Under the pieces are notes generated by a model. That model was not told the origin of the DNA, searched no databases, and saw only the letters and a program-made list of their open reading frames with translations. From an uncultured Gemmataceae bacterium (GTDB lineage: Bacteria; Planctomycetota; Planctomycetia; Gemmatales; Gemmataceae), in assembly GCA_963750165.1 (NCBI GenBank), contig CAVVPN010000011.1, forward strand, positions 960,001 through 1,024,000: 64,000 nt of DNA. The letters run 5' to 3'. The position numbers and the translations under genes were made by a program. Shown here piece by piece: positions 46,968 through 57,237 of this stretch (positions are counted from its first letter, which is position 1; the number at the start of each line of letters is the position of its first letter).

Positions 46968-49900
46968 TCAGCGGGCCATCTTTTGCGGCACGAGGAACGT
47001 CACTGCCACGGGGAACAAGCGTGGTTGCGGGTCGGCGAAACGAAGTTTCACTGCCTCCGTCTCACGCTCGATCTCCTCGGGGATCTCCTGAAGCCTGTGT
47101 CGCAGGGCATCGACGTTCCGCTCGAACTGCTCCTGCTCGGCGGGAGCCATACCGGGAAGATACTGCTGCTGGTAGAACGGGTCATTAAGCTGGCCCTGAA
47201 TCGCCCGCCGCAATTCGGTCAGGATCGTCTCGATGTCTTTCGCTTCCTTCTCGGCTCGCTCGGCGAGCGCCCTCCTCAACCCGTCCGTTCGGTCCTTCAT
47301 CCGTGCTTCGAGTGCCTGCCGCAGCGACTCGGCATTCTTCGGCCACAGGGCCAGCAACTTCTCTTTGACGACTTTTGAGGGCTCCTCAGCGGTAGCCGCC
47401 GCCAATGCCTCCTGCATCTCCTTCAGAGATCCGAACCGCGAAAACCGTCCCTCCCGAAGCTGCCCGCCTGCTGTGATGATCTCCTCGTGGAGCCGGTGAC
47501 AGTCGCCGCCGATGACTACCAGTCGGGCATGTGCGACCATCGCCAGATGTTGTAGGGCGGTGTCTGGGATCACCCGCGCCGTGATCCGGTTCAGCCTCTT
47601 CCTGCCTTCCACCGACCAGACCTCGGCTCGCAGCAGGCGTAGGCCCATCTGCACGAGCCGGTGGTTCAGGTGGACGAGCGCGACATCATCCCGCCCCTTC
47701 GCCAAATCGTGAGCGAAGACGAACGGGCGCATCTTCTCCCGCTCGTAGGGGTCGTACAGGCCCTCAACGCACTGCTCCCAACTGCCGCTCAGGGCGGGCA
47801 GGTGGAAGACTGGGCAGGCGTGCAGTTTGGGATCGGGCCACATGCCCTTTACCTCGGCGGGGATGAGCGGCGGCTGACCGGCAAGCTCCAAAGCCACCTC
47901 GACGACCTTCTGGACGTTTTCGGGCGACAGGCGAAGCTCCCTCTTCGTCTCCTGCAACTGGTCCATCAACTGCTTGATCTGCTTTGCGAGGTCGCGCTCG
48001 AACTTCATGAGCCGCCGCACCGGCTCCGCGTCTGCCTCGGCCTTCTTGGTGTCAAGCCGCGAGCGTCGGCCCAGCATCGCTTCCTCGACCTGTTCGGCGA
48101 TGACGGGGCCGACTTTGCCGAGGTCTTCGCGGATCGCCTCTATCTTCCGCACGGCCCGCATGAGAAACTCAAGGTCGGCTTCGAGGTCGCCTACCGCTGT
48201 CTCAGCAATCCGGCGCTCGCGGTCGAGGTAGCCCTTGCCGACGAAGTGGTGGACCAGCACCTTCTTCGCCTTTTGCCCGTGGCGGTCGATGCGCCCATTC
48301 CGCTGCTCCAGCCGGTTCGGGTTCCACGGGATCTCGTAGTGGATCAAGCGCGAGCAGTAATTCTGAAGGTCAATACCCTCCGAGGCAGCGTCGGTGGCAA
48401 GTAGGATGCGCACAGGGCTCCGCTTTGGGTCGGTCTGGAATGCCGCTTTGACCCGCTCCCGCTCGTCCTTGTCCATGCCGCCGTACATGGTCATGAGCCG
48501 ATCCCCGGTCGTGAAGCCCTCAGCGGCGAATTTCTCCTGAAGCCAGTTCTGCGTGGCGCGGTATTCGGTGAAAATGATGACGCGAAGGTCGGACCATTTC
48601 CCTCCCGGTCGGATAGAGTCGTGCAGCCAACGGATCAGCCCCTTGGCCTTGGCGTCAAGCTGAGCGGTCGCCCGTCCAGCCCACGTCTTCATCGCCTTGA
48701 GCAGCGTCAGTTCGTCGTCCGTGGGCTCATGGAAAAGTAGGCTGGCAGCGTCGAGGGCATCGTTCGTCGCCTCGTCGGCCTCGTCGTCCACCGAGTAGTC
48801 TTCCTCCACGCGGTCGATCTGCCGCTGGAGGATACCCCGCGTCGGCCTCGTGATCGCCTTGCGTTTCTTGGCGTTTTTCAGGGAAAACTCATGTTGCTCC
48901 AGTGTGCGGAGGAAGGCGGCAGGGCTGGAAAAGAGCCGCTTCTTGAGCGTCATCAGCACGAAGTCGCTGGCGAAGCGCTCGGCGTGGTCATCGGACTTTG
49001 CCTGCCGCAGTCTTGTGTATTCTTTGAGGGCCGCGTGGACGCGCCGCTCCTCCTCGGGGTAATCGACCTCAAGCGCCTCCAGCACGCGCTTGGGGAAGCG
49101 GTCCTGCCCAAAGTCGTCCTTGGGCAACTCCGACTTCAGGCGGCGCACCATCACCACGTCGCGCTGCCGCATGAACTCCTTCGATTCCGTGGACATGCCA
49201 CGGGCGAATCGCTGGTTGTCCAGCAGTTCGAGCAAGGCCGTGAAGCTCTCCGAGTAGCCGTTGTGCGGCGTGGCCGTCAGGAAGAGCTTGTGCTCGAAGT
49301 GCGGCGCGAGCACCCGGATCGCTTCGGTACGCAGCGAGTCGGTGGCGTACTTGCCCCGGCCAGCCGGGGCGCAGTTGTGGGCCTCGTCCAGAATGAGTAC
49401 GTCGTAACGGCGGGGGTAGATCGACTCGCCTTCGGCGGGCAGAGTCTCCTTGAACAGACGCAGTGGTCGCTCGCGTTTGAGGAAGTCGATGGACGTAATG
49501 AGGCGCGGGAAGTGAGTCCACGGGTTGACGTGGATGCCGCGCTTGCGGCGCAACTCCCGCATCATCTCGCTGTCCACGATGCGGAAGTCGAGGCCGAACT
49601 TGTCCCGCATTTGGTCGCGCCACTGTACCTGAAGGGAGGACGGGCAGACGACCACTACACGCCTCGCCCGGTGCCGGATGATGAGTTCCGAGACGGTCAG
49701 CCCCGCCTCGATGGTCTTGCCGAGGCCCACGTCGTCGGCGATGAGCAGGTTTGCCCGTGGCATCTGGATGGCGCGCACCACCGGGTCAAGCTGGTAGTCC
49801 TCAATGTCGATGCCCGAGCGGAAGGGGGACTGGATGCTCTTCAGGTCGGCGGTCGAAGCCGCGCCCCAGCGGACGGCATCGAGGAAGGCATCGAGGCGGT

Positions 49901-50171
49901 CGGGGGCGTCGAAGCCGGTCGGTTCGGGCAGCGGCGACTTCTCGATGGCCTTAGCGCCGGGCTCCAGTTCCCAGATGACTTGCAGTTCTTCGCCGAGGCC
50001 ATCGTCCTCGACGGAAGACAGGGTGATGAGGTGCTGCGGGCTCCTGTCGAGTGGTTGCAGGGGGCCATCGACCAACGCACTCCTGACCACCTCGTTGACC
50101 ATCCACTGCCGCTGGCGGACGTTCACGAGTTGTCCCTGTTCTGGGGGACCAGCAAGAGCAGTGGTGGTCAT
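46968..50171 (-). CDS. drmD: DISARM SNF2-like helicase DrmD
   Basis: PEQGQLV.VRQR, LIADDVGLGKTIE, LDEAHN, LTATPHNGY, ATDAASEGIDLQ and PWNPNRLEQRNGRIDR; C-terminal PRLFPVAVTFLVP. Confidence 0.95.
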   Translation of the reverse strand: MTTTALAGPPEQGQLVNVRQRQWMVNEVVRSALVDGPLQPLDRSPQHLITLSSVEDDGLGEELQVIWELEPGAKAIEKSPLPEPTGFDAPDRLDAFLDAVRWGAASTADLKSIQSPFRSGIDIEDYQLDPVVRAIQMPRANLLIADDVGLGKTIEAGLTVSELIIRHRARRVVVVCPSSLQVQWRDQMRDKFGLDFRIVDSEMMRELRRKRGIHVNPWTHFPRLITSIDFLKRERPLRLFKETLPAEGESIYPRRYDVLILDEAHNCAPAGRGKYATDSLRTEAIRVLAPHFEHKLFLTATPHNGYSESFTALLELLDNQRFARGMSTESKEFMRQRDVVMVRRLKSELPKDDFGQDRFPKRVLEALEVDYPEEERRVHAALKEYTRLRQAKSDDHAERFASDFVLMTLKKRLFSSPAAFLRTLEQHEFSLKNAKKRKAITRPTRGILQRQIDRVEEDYSVDDEADEATNDALDAASLLFHEPTDDELTLLKAMKTWAGRATAQLDAKAKGLIRWLHDSIRPGGKWSDLRVIIFTEYRATQNWLQEKFAAEGFTTGDRLMTMYGGMDKDERERVKAAFQTDPKRSPVRILLATDAASEGIDLQNYCSRLIHYEIPWNPNRLEQRNGRIDRHGQKAKKVLVHHFVGKGYLDRERRIAETAVGDLEADLEFLMRAVRKIEAIREDLGKVGPVIAEQVEEAMLGRRSRLDTKKAEADAEPVRRLMKFERDLAKQIKQLMDQLQETKRELRLSPENVQKVVEVALELAGQPPLIPAEVKGMWPDPKLHACPVFHLPALSGSWEQCVEGLYDPYEREKMRPFVFAHDLAKGRDDVALVHLNHRLVQMGLRLLRAEVWSVEGRKRLNRITARVIPDTALQHLAMVAHARLVVIGGDCHRLHEEIITAGGQLREGRFSRFGSLKEMQEALAAATAEEPSKVVKEKLLALWPKNAESLRQALEARMKDRTDGLRRALAERAEKEAKDIETILTELRRAIQGQLNDPFYQQQYLPGMAPAEQEQFERNVDALRHRLQEIPEEIERETEAVKLRFADPQPRLFPVAVTFLVPQKMAR

Positions 50172-50303
50172 GGAATCCTCGTAACGAGCGGCCTCCGTTG
50201 CCCGACCCGGTGATGTCCGACGACCGGCATCTTTGTGGTTGAACTCCAACGACAACTAGCTTATCCTTACGGTATGACGCCTGCAAGCAGGAACCGACAC
50301 AAA

Positions 50304-50666
50304 ATGACTTTCGGCCAGCGACTTCGGGATTTGCGGAAGGCCAAGAACCTCGGCCAGCGGGGGCTCGCCGAAAGGGTCGGGATCAACTTCACGTACCTGA
50401 GCAAGATCGAGAACGAGCGGCTCGATTTTGCCCAGTTCCCCAGCGAGGAGTTGATCCGCAAGTTGGCGAAGGCGCTCGACGCCGACGAGGACGAACTCCT
50501 GTTGCTGGCTGAGAAGATCCCCGAGCCAATTAAGAAGCGGGTGCTCCAGCGGCCAGACGCCTTCCGCAAACTGGCCTCGCTCGACGACGAAGCTCTTGAC
50601 GCCGTACTGGTCCAGATCGGGCAGCGCCCGGCCCCAGCGCAGCGGCGGCAGAAACGCAGCGAGTAA
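50304..50666 (+). CDS. XRE-family HTH regulator, divergent from drmD
   Basis: FGQRLRDLRKAKNLGQRGLAERVGINFTYLSKIEN. Confidence 0.88.
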   Translation: MTFGQRLRDLRKAKNLGQRGLAERVGINFTYLSKIENERLDFAQFPSEELIRKLAKALDADEDELLLLAEKIPEPIKKRVLQRPDAFRKLASLDDEALDAVLVQIGQRPAPAQRRQKRSE

Positions 50667-50784
50667 CATGGCTTTTTTCCGCGTCGATTTTCGGGGCCAG
50701 TTGCACGACCCGGACGGCAACCTCACCAGATACCGTGAGCGAAGTGCTCAAGCCGCTGGACGGGACCGCGCAGCAAGCGGCGGG

Positions 50785-52077
50785 TCAAAGGATCGGCGGC
50801 ACTTCGCCGAAGAGCACCTTTGCCGCCGACAGGCAGATCTCTCGGTTCTGCTCCTCGCTTAGCATGACGGTGTGGTTCAAGTCGTTCAGCCCGCGAAAGG
50901 CAAAGTGGAGAAACTCGCTCATACGTTGTTGCTGAACGTCGTCTGTCAGCCGCTCCTCGTAGACCCAGCAGGCAGCAAGCAGCTTCAGTAGTGCTCCTTC
51001 TGGATGAGCCAGCAGCATGACGAACGGGCACTCGACGAAAAGACGGCGGAAGAACTCCTTCGCCTTCGGAACCTCCCACAACTCTCTCGGGTCAGCGTCG
51101 TATCCCTCCACCATCAACCCGATCCGCTGCCGAAACGCCGACGCCTTTTCTCGTGTGGACACCATGTCTCTCAAGGCCCACGTGATCGGGGTGGTGTCCC
51201 CTTCCTCAATCAAATCATGGGGGACCGCCAGCATCACCAGTTGGAGTTGGTTCTTGAGACCTCGGACGATGTACGGGTTCTTGTCCGCGACGAATCGCGT
51301 CGGGTAGTGGTGCAGAAGCGGGTACATGCTCGCGGCGGCGTGGTCCCATCCAGCCGTGGTTGTCAAGCGACCGATGCCGGGCAGGATCGGCTGCGCGGCT
51401 GGATAACCGCTGGTAAATGCCTTGATCCACTGGTCGAACTCTGGGCAGGGCCACACCGAGTCTGCGCGAGCGATCAACAGGGTGAAGGCGAGGGAGTTGA
51501 TCGCCACCGTCCGCTGGACGAGCGACAGGGCCGGGTGGTCGGTGATGCGGAACTGCCCGATGCGAAACGAGTGCGGCTCCTTGACATACGGCTGGCCCTG
51601 TTCGTCCCGCCGTGCAGGACGGATGAGCTTGGCTTCTGGGTCAATGCTTGTCGCCGACACAAGATGGAGCCAGCAGCGAATACGGTCGGGGAGCGGCGAC
51701 TCGCCGAGCATGACCTTGCGGTACTCGCGGACCACTCGCATGTCGGCGTTCTGGGCGCGGGCGCTGTTGTACGACAGCTTCAGCAGCCACCGGAGGAGGC
51801 GGTCGCCGTCGAAGTCGAAGGTAACGGTCTCGCCCGCGTAGACTGGGGTGGCGAAGTAGCGCTCGTACAACTCCTTGCCATAGCCGTCCAAGCTGGAGAG
51901 GACGCCGCTGTTGCAGACGGTGCATACGTCTCGGACGATCAGGTCGCCCTTGACGTGCGTGAGCGGGGCGCGTGCGCTGAAGGTCTCGGCCTCGCCGGGC
52001 GTATCGTTGTACCAGCGCGGGACCACGTGTTCCCGCGTTTGTTGGCACGGCATGTCGCAGTAAGCACAGTTCAACAC
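50785..52077 (-). CDS. HNH-like zinc-binding N-terminal domain fused to a CRR6-like C-terminal domain
   Basis: CAYC...TREHVVP...VCTVCN..LSSLD; C-terminal GYDADPRELWEVP..KEFF. Confidence 0.7.
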   Translation of the reverse strand: MLNCAYCDMPCQQTREHVVPRWYNDTPGEAETFSARAPLTHVKGDLIVRDVCTVCNSGVLSSLDGYGKELYERYFATPVYAGETVTFDFDGDRLLRWLLKLSYNSARAQNADMRVVREYRKVMLGESPLPDRIRCWLHLVSATSIDPEAKLIRPARRDEQGQPYVKEPHSFRIGQFRITDHPALSLVQRTVAINSLAFTLLIARADSVWPCPEFDQWIKAFTSGYPAAQPILPGIGRLTTTAGWDHAAASMYPLLHHYPTRFVADKNPYIVRGLKNQLQLVMLAVPHDLIEEGDTTPITWALRDMVSTREKASAFRQRIGLMVEGYDADPRELWEVPKAKEFFRRLFVECPFVMLLAHPEGALLKLLAACWVYEERLTDDVQQQRMSEFLHFAFRGLNDLNHTVMLSEEQNREICLSAAKVLFGEVPPIL

Positions 52078-52797
52078 GACGACCTCCCCGAGCCTTCCTC
52101 TGATCCCTCCTTCTTGGACCGGCTGCTGGAGTTTCGGGTTCGCCTTCGCTCACATGCAACGGTCATGAGCCGGATTGCCTTTGCTTCTCCAGCCAGTCGG
52201 CAGCGAGGAGGGCGTCCTGCCGCATTTGCAGCACGAAGTCGTACAGCGCCCGGAGCAGCGTGTTCAGTTCGTCAAGGTCGAACCCCTCCACATGCACGTA
52301 CAGTTCCACCAACTTACAGGGTCTTGGAGCGGGTCGCCAAAGTAGAAGGCGCTGTTGCGAACGCTCTTGAACTTGTGGATGCGTTCGAGGGTAGGCGGGA
52401 CGCGCTTGCGGTGGTCGATGGTCGCCTGCGACAGCGCCCCCATGACCTTCAGCTTGTTGTGCCAGTGGTCCAGCATGAGCCGCAGTTGACGAAGTACAAG
52501 TCTTTCATTCCAGTACCTTTTAGCTGCTTCTTATTGGGGGCTACGTCATCGTATCGAAGATCGACGGCTCGTTCCTGCTCAGCTAGACTGCGCCAAGGTC
52601 GCATCGGTACAAGAGTATAGACGCAACCGCGAGGTCGAGGTTCACTCTCGCAACGCTCGATCCGGGCATCGAAACCTGAACCGGCGTGCGCCTTCGACTG
52701 TCAGGTAAGGTAGGTGGGCGCTTCCAGTCGGCCAGTAGATGTTGCTCCTGAGACTAGCCGCCTCCCCCACCCGTCGCCCACGTATGAGGCCCCAACA

Positions 52798-54333
52798 ATG
52801 TCGTCGGCTCTTGATCGTATCCAAGCTGAGGTCCGGCTCCTGAAACTGGATGACTCGCTGCTGTTCCTGAACCACCTCCTCGCCGTGGCACGCGACGAAC
52901 GCCAAGACCCGGTGCTCGATGAGTACGTCCGCTCGCGGAAGGCCAAGGCCCCTGCGTTCGTGGTTCACTTTTTGGCGAAGCAAATCTTGCTCCACGGCAG
53001 TAACCTTGGCATCTACCCCCTCGACGGGTCGAGGTTTATCCGGTTTCAAGATCTCTACTTTCAACTGGACGATCCGATTGTCCATGACCCGACGTGGAAA
53101 GACGCCGACCCGACCGGATTCTTCGAGCGGCTGCTGGCCCAGCAGCTACCCTCTCAGCGGCGGAACATGATCCAAAAGTACGGACTCGCCCTCGGTTTGT
53201 TCCGTGACGCAGGCCCGGTTAGCTGGCCGGTCGCCTACGACCTCAAGGATGACATCGAGCGCGAACTCGGGACACCCATCGAGCAGTTTATGGCGATGGG
53301 GCATCTCGGCTACGCCCTACGCCGCGCCTCCCTTAACGGCCACGAGTGCAACGGCACGTTCGACCACATGTACCTCGTCGAAGCCTTTCGTCAAGGGTTC
53401 GCGTTTTCCGTCCCCGAGGTGTGGCGCACCTTCTTGACGCGGGCCGCGTGCGACAGGGACGCCTTCCGCGCCGCCTGCCAGAATCCCCTGTACCGGGTCA
53501 CGGACGCGCAGTTCACCCAGTTCGAGTTCAACCCGCTGCACCGCTACCCGCTGATTGACGTGGCTGGCGGGCGTTTCGTGGCCGTCGATCCCGACCTCAT
53601 CGTCGAACGCGCGACCTTCGGCCTGTTCTACGACCTCTTCGAGCGCGACGGGATCGTGTTCTCCGAGCGATTCGGCTACGTCTTCGATCAGTTCGTCGGA
53701 AAACTGCTCCGGTCGGTTTGCACACCCGAAGCCCTGTGGTCGGCAGCGGCGTGGGAGAGCGCCCTCGGCGGCAAGAAGCCGAAGAACACCAGCAAGATCG
53801 GCGATTGGGTGTACGTCGGCCAGAACCGCCATGTCCTGATCGAATGCAAGAGCCTCCGACCTTCACTGGAGCTACTGACCTACGGTTCCGATAAGAGCGT
53901 TGGGGACACGAGGGGCAGAATTGCGTCCGCTCTGGAGCAACTGATCCGCCACGACCGGGCGATCCAGCAGTGGCAGTGGCAGGCTCAGGGTCTTCTGCCG
54001 AAGCCCGCCGTGTGCGTCGTCGTTACCTACGGGCGCATCCAGACCATCAACGGACCCTTCGTGCGCAGGCGGGTTCGCCAGCAGCTTGCCGACAAGGGGC
54101 TGGAGGCTCCTCCGTTCGTCGTCCTTTCTCTGGAAGAACTCGACATGACGATCCGGTTGGTTGAACTCGGCCACCCGTTCGACGATGTGATCGCGGCGCT
54201 GGCGAGCAACGAAGATTCCTTCGAGCCCCTGACGAAGTTCAAAGACGAGTTGAAAGTCCACGCCCTCAGTTCGTTCACCTACGCCAAGGGCAAGGCGTTC
54301 ATGGATGGGATCGCGCCCGGAGGGACAACGTGA
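52798..54333 (+). CDS. Hypothetical protein with C-terminal PD-(D/E)xK (NERD-like) nuclease motif
   Basis: NPL.RYPLI, FGYVFDQFV, GDWVY...VLIECKS and ALEQL. Confidence 0.7.
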   Translation: MSSALDRIQAEVRLLKLDDSLLFLNHLLAVARDERQDPVLDEYVRSRKAKAPAFVVHFLAKQILLHGSNLGIYPLDGSRFIRFQDLYFQLDDPIVHDPTWKDADPTGFFERLLAQQLPSQRRNMIQKYGLALGLFRDAGPVSWPVAYDLKDDIERELGTPIEQFMAMGHLGYALRRASLNGHECNGTFDHMYLVEAFRQGFAFSVPEVWRTFLTRAACDRDAFRAACQNPLYRVTDAQFTQFEFNPLHRYPLIDVAGGRFVAVDPDLIVERATFGLFYDLFERDGIVFSERFGYVFDQFVGKLLRSVCTPEALWSAAAWESALGGKKPKNTSKIGDWVYVGQNRHVLIECKSLRPSLELLTYGSDKSVGDTRGRIASALEQLIRHDRAIQQWQWQAQGLLPKPAVCVVVTYGRIQTINGPFVRRRVRQQLADKGLEAPPFVVLSLEELDMTIRLVELGHPFDDVIAALASNEDSFEPLTKFKDELKVHALSSFTYAKGKAFMDGIAPGGTT

Positions 54334-54393
54334 CCGCGAGCGGCTCGAAGGCATCCACAAGTGATTGGCGGGCATCCGCTGCTCTGCAAGAAG

Positions 54394-54921
54394 TTACGGC
54401 TCTATCCCGTCAAGCGCCGCCCGCTTCTCGGCGATGAACGGCAGGTGGTGCCGCAGGTGCCGCACGGCCTGCAACACCAGTTGCCGCAGGGTGAGGAGGC
54501 CCGACCCGCTGTGGACGGCGATGCGGTGCCACGCCTCGGGCGACTGCGCCCGCAGGATGCGAACGGCGTGCCGCCGCAGGGCCGCGAACAGCGCCAGTTG
54601 TTCATCGAGGTCAAAGGACTGGTAGTCGAGCCGCTCGATGTACAGTTTCTCGTCGGCACTCATCAGCAGCGGGCGGTCGAGGGCGATGGTCCGCACGATG
54701 CGGTCGGTGAAGAAGACCTCAGTGTCAGCGAGGTGGCCGACGCACTCCACCGTGCTCCACTTGCCGGGCACGGGCCGGGCGAGAACCTGCTCGGCGGTCA
54801 TGCCCGCCACGGCGGATCGCAGGTCGTCGATCCCCTGTTCGTAGGCGGCGATCAACTCGGCGCTGCCCAGCGTCTCGTTGTCCCGTTGCATCATCGACAT
54901 ATACTCAGAGTTCTGCATCAT
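54394..54921 (-). CDS. DinB family protein
   Basis: RP.PGKWS..E.VGHLAD.E and H.RHHL..I; overlaps the GNAT stop. Confidence 0.88.
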   Translation of the reverse strand: MMQNSEYMSMMQRDNETLGSAELIAAYEQGIDDLRSAVAGMTAEQVLARPVPGKWSTVECVGHLADTEVFFTDRIVRTIALDRPLLMSADEKLYIERLDYQSFDLDEQLALFAALRRHAVRILRAQSPEAWHRIAVHSGSGLLTLRQLVLQAVRHLRHHLPFIAEKRAALDGIEP

Positions 54922-55687
54922 CGGTCCCCTGTGGTAGCCCGTACTCGTAGTGCAGGAACGCAGTGTCCCGCCGCCAGCCGTCCCGCTCGTAGAGGGCCTG
55001 CGCCGTCGTGTTCGTGACCGCCGTGGAGAGTGCAAGTCGGACAGCGCCCGTTCGCAAAGCGTGGTCACGGGCAGCTTGCAACAACCGAGCCCCCACGCCT
55101 CGCCGCCGAGCGTCGTCAGCGACGAACAGATCGTTCAGAATCCAGATCGGTCTCATCGACACGGACGAGAACGACGGGTAAAGCTGCGTGAAACCCAGCG
55201 CTCGCCCGCCCTCGACCACGGCAAGGATCACCGACTCGCCCCGGACCAGCCGCTCGGCCAAGAACCGGCGAGCGCCATCTGGGTCGGGCGGCTGGCCGTA
55301 AAACTGCCGGTAGGCGTCGAAGAGCGGGGCGACCAGTTCGACCTGTTCCGCCGTGACTTGTACGGGTTGAAACTGCGAGGCACCACCCAGTTCGATCTCC
55401 ATGTAAAGCGCCCCCTCTATTGGGTTGGTCCGGTACGGGTCGATGCGATTGAAGCCGAGGGACTCGTAGAGTCGGATCGCTCCCGCCATCTCGGGCGTCG
55501 TGTCCAGTCGGATGCGGCGGTAGCCGATGCTCGCGGCCTCCTCCAACACTGTCCGGGCGAGCCGCTTCCCCAGCCCCACGCCACGGTGCTCGGGGCGAAC
55601 GTAGAGCCGCTTCATCTCCCCGACATCCGGCTCCAGCCGACGCAGGGCGACACACACCGCGAACTCGCCACGGTCGGTAGTCGCCAA
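54905..55687 (-). CDS. Tandem GNAT acetyltransferase, 5' end apparently truncated
   Basis: EMKRLYVRPEHRGVGLG and LNDLFV..DARRRGVG acetyl-CoA motifs; upstream YALPSGGLWLA has no proper N-terminus. Confidence 0.82.
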   Translation of the reverse strand: MATTDRGEFAVCVALRRLEPDVGEMKRLYVRPEHRGVGLGKRLARTVLEEAASIGYRRIRLDTTPEMAGAIRLYESLGFNRIDPYRTNPIEGALYMEIELGGASQFQPVQVTAEQVELVAPLFDAYRQFYGQPPDPDGARRFLAERLVRGESVILAVVEGGRALGFTQLYPSFSSVSMRPIWILNDLFVADDARRRGVGARLLQAARDHALRTGAVRLALSTAVTNTTAQALYERDGWRRDTAFLHYEYGLPQGTDDAEL

Positions 55688-55985
55688 CCATAGACCTCCG
55701 CTGGGCAGGGCATACGAGGAACCAGATTCCGCATCACCCTATCCTTTGGGACCAACGCCGTCAAGAAAGCACGCCAGCCTGTTGAGGAGCCTCCCTCGGA
55801 GCCAGATTGGTCCCGAGGGGCTCGGTCTTCACGATCTCAAGAATTTGATGCGCTCTTGCTGAATTTTGCTGTCAAAGGGACGTACAGTGGGAATGGATTT
55901 CGGAGACCAAGCCGACCTTGGTGAGTTTCCACAGCGGCTAACAGCACTCCCAAGCCGGTAGCGGTTCGATGCGAAGGGATGACCC

Positions 55986-56276
55986 ATGACGGACAACACG
56001 GCCAAGAAACTGTTGCGCAGGATGCTCCGCTCGTTCACGGCAGGAAGAGTCCTTCACCTCCTTGCCCACCTCCACGTCGAGGCAGCAAAGGAGGCGCGGC
56101 AAAACGGAAACGAGTTGCTCTACATGCAACTCGCGCTGATCGAGGCTGGGCTGATCGTCGCCGGGTACGGGGTCGATGCGGCTTGGCCTGATCAGGAGTA
56201 CGCGGTCCTGTTCGCTGAACGAAAAACTCAGCCCAATCATACGAGGAGGAATCATGTCCGAAAAGCAAGTAACTGA
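55986..56276 (+). CDS. Hypothetical small helical protein, first gene of the ruvB operon
   Basis: 96 aa; overlaps the ruvB start region. Confidence 0.55.
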   Translation: MTDNTAKKLLRRMLRSFTAGRVLHLLAHLHVEAAKEARQNGNELLYMQLALIEAGLIVAGYGVDAAWPDQEYAVLFAERKTQPNHTRRNHVRKASN

Positions 56277-57237
56277 CATCAACGACGTTGCTCCTTCGGC
56301 GCTTTCGCACCTGATCGGGCAGAAGAGCGTCGTCGAGCAGGTGCGCGTTGCGCTCGACGCGGCCCATCAGGACGGCAAGAAGTTCGACCACGCTCTTTTG
56401 GTCGGGCCGAGCGGCGTAGGCAAAACGCAGACGGCCAAGGTCATCGCCGCCGAGATGGCAACTGAACTGCACGAGATGTTGGGGCAGTCGATCACCTGCC
56501 CCGCCGACTTCAACTCGGTGCTCCTCGCCGCCAAGGACCGCGACATCCTGTTCGTGGACGAGTGCCATGAACTTCCCAAGGAGTTTCAGACGGCGCTGTA
56601 CCTCGCCCTCGACCAGCGAAAGCTGGTCCTTGCTGGCGGTCGGTCGGGGCGAGGGGTCCAGAGCATCCCGGTGCGCGACTTTACCCTCTTGCTGGCGACG
56701 ACCGACGAGTTCGGCGTTTTGGCACCCCTCGCGCAACGGGTTCGTCTCGTCCTGCGCTTCGACTTCTACTCGGTCGAAGAGTTGACCACCGTGCTTCTAC
56801 AGCGAGGTCGGGCGCTCGGCTGGTCCGTCCACGAGGAACTGCTGCCGCTGATCGCACAACGCTCACGCGGGACGCCTCGCCTCGCGCTACGGCTGCTGTC
56901 CTCCTGTCGGCGTGTCTGTCGCAGTGAAGGCGAGAACACGATCACAGGCGAGCACCTGCACCGGGCCTGCGACCTTGAACAGATTGACGAACTCGGCCTC
57001 GGGCCGACCGAGCAGCAGTACCTCGGGCTACTCGCCGAGGGGACCAGCCGCCTGAACGTCATCGCGTCCTTGCTGGGTTTGCCGTCGCGCACCGTAAGCC
57101 ATGTGACCGAGAGTTTCTTGCTCCGCGCCGGACTGATCATCAAAGACGATCAAGGAAGGCGTCAATTGACGGCGAAGGGCCGTGGGCATCTGGCCGCGAA
57201 GCGACCCCTCGTGGCTTCCTTGGAGAAACTGTCATGA
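56254..57237 (+). CDS. ruvB: Stand-alone RuvB-like Holliday junction branch-migration ATPase
   Basis: IGQ..V, DHALLVGPSGVGKT, LFVDECH, FTLLLATT, RFDFYS.EEL, RSRGTPR.ALRLL, IDELGL and E.FLLR.GLI...GR; RBS gaggagg. Confidence 0.88.
   Translation: MSEKQVTDINDVAPSALSHLIGQKSVVEQVRVALDAAHQDGKKFDHALLVGPSGVGKTQTAKVIAAEMATELHEMLGQSITCPADFNSVLLAAKDRDILFVDECHELPKEFQTALYLALDQRKLVLAGGRSGRGVQSIPVRDFTLLLATTDEFGVLAPLAQRVRLVLRFDFYSVEELTTVLLQRGRALGWSVHEELLPLIAQRSRGTPRLALRLLSSCRRVCRSEGENTITGEHLHRACDLEQIDELGLGPTEQQYLGLLAEGTSRLNVIASLLGLPSRTVSHVTESFLLRAGLIIKDDQGRRQLTAKGRGHLAAKRPLVASLEKLS

Noticed and set aside
51004..52620. 538-aa + strand ORF (and similar long ORFs at 2514, 7272, 19328 and 48891)
   Set aside because: Antisense to better-supported genes; long shadow ORFs are expected at high GC.
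56254..57237. Chromosomal ruvCAB locus
   Set aside because: No ruvA or ruvC, divergent sequence and a mobile-element context.
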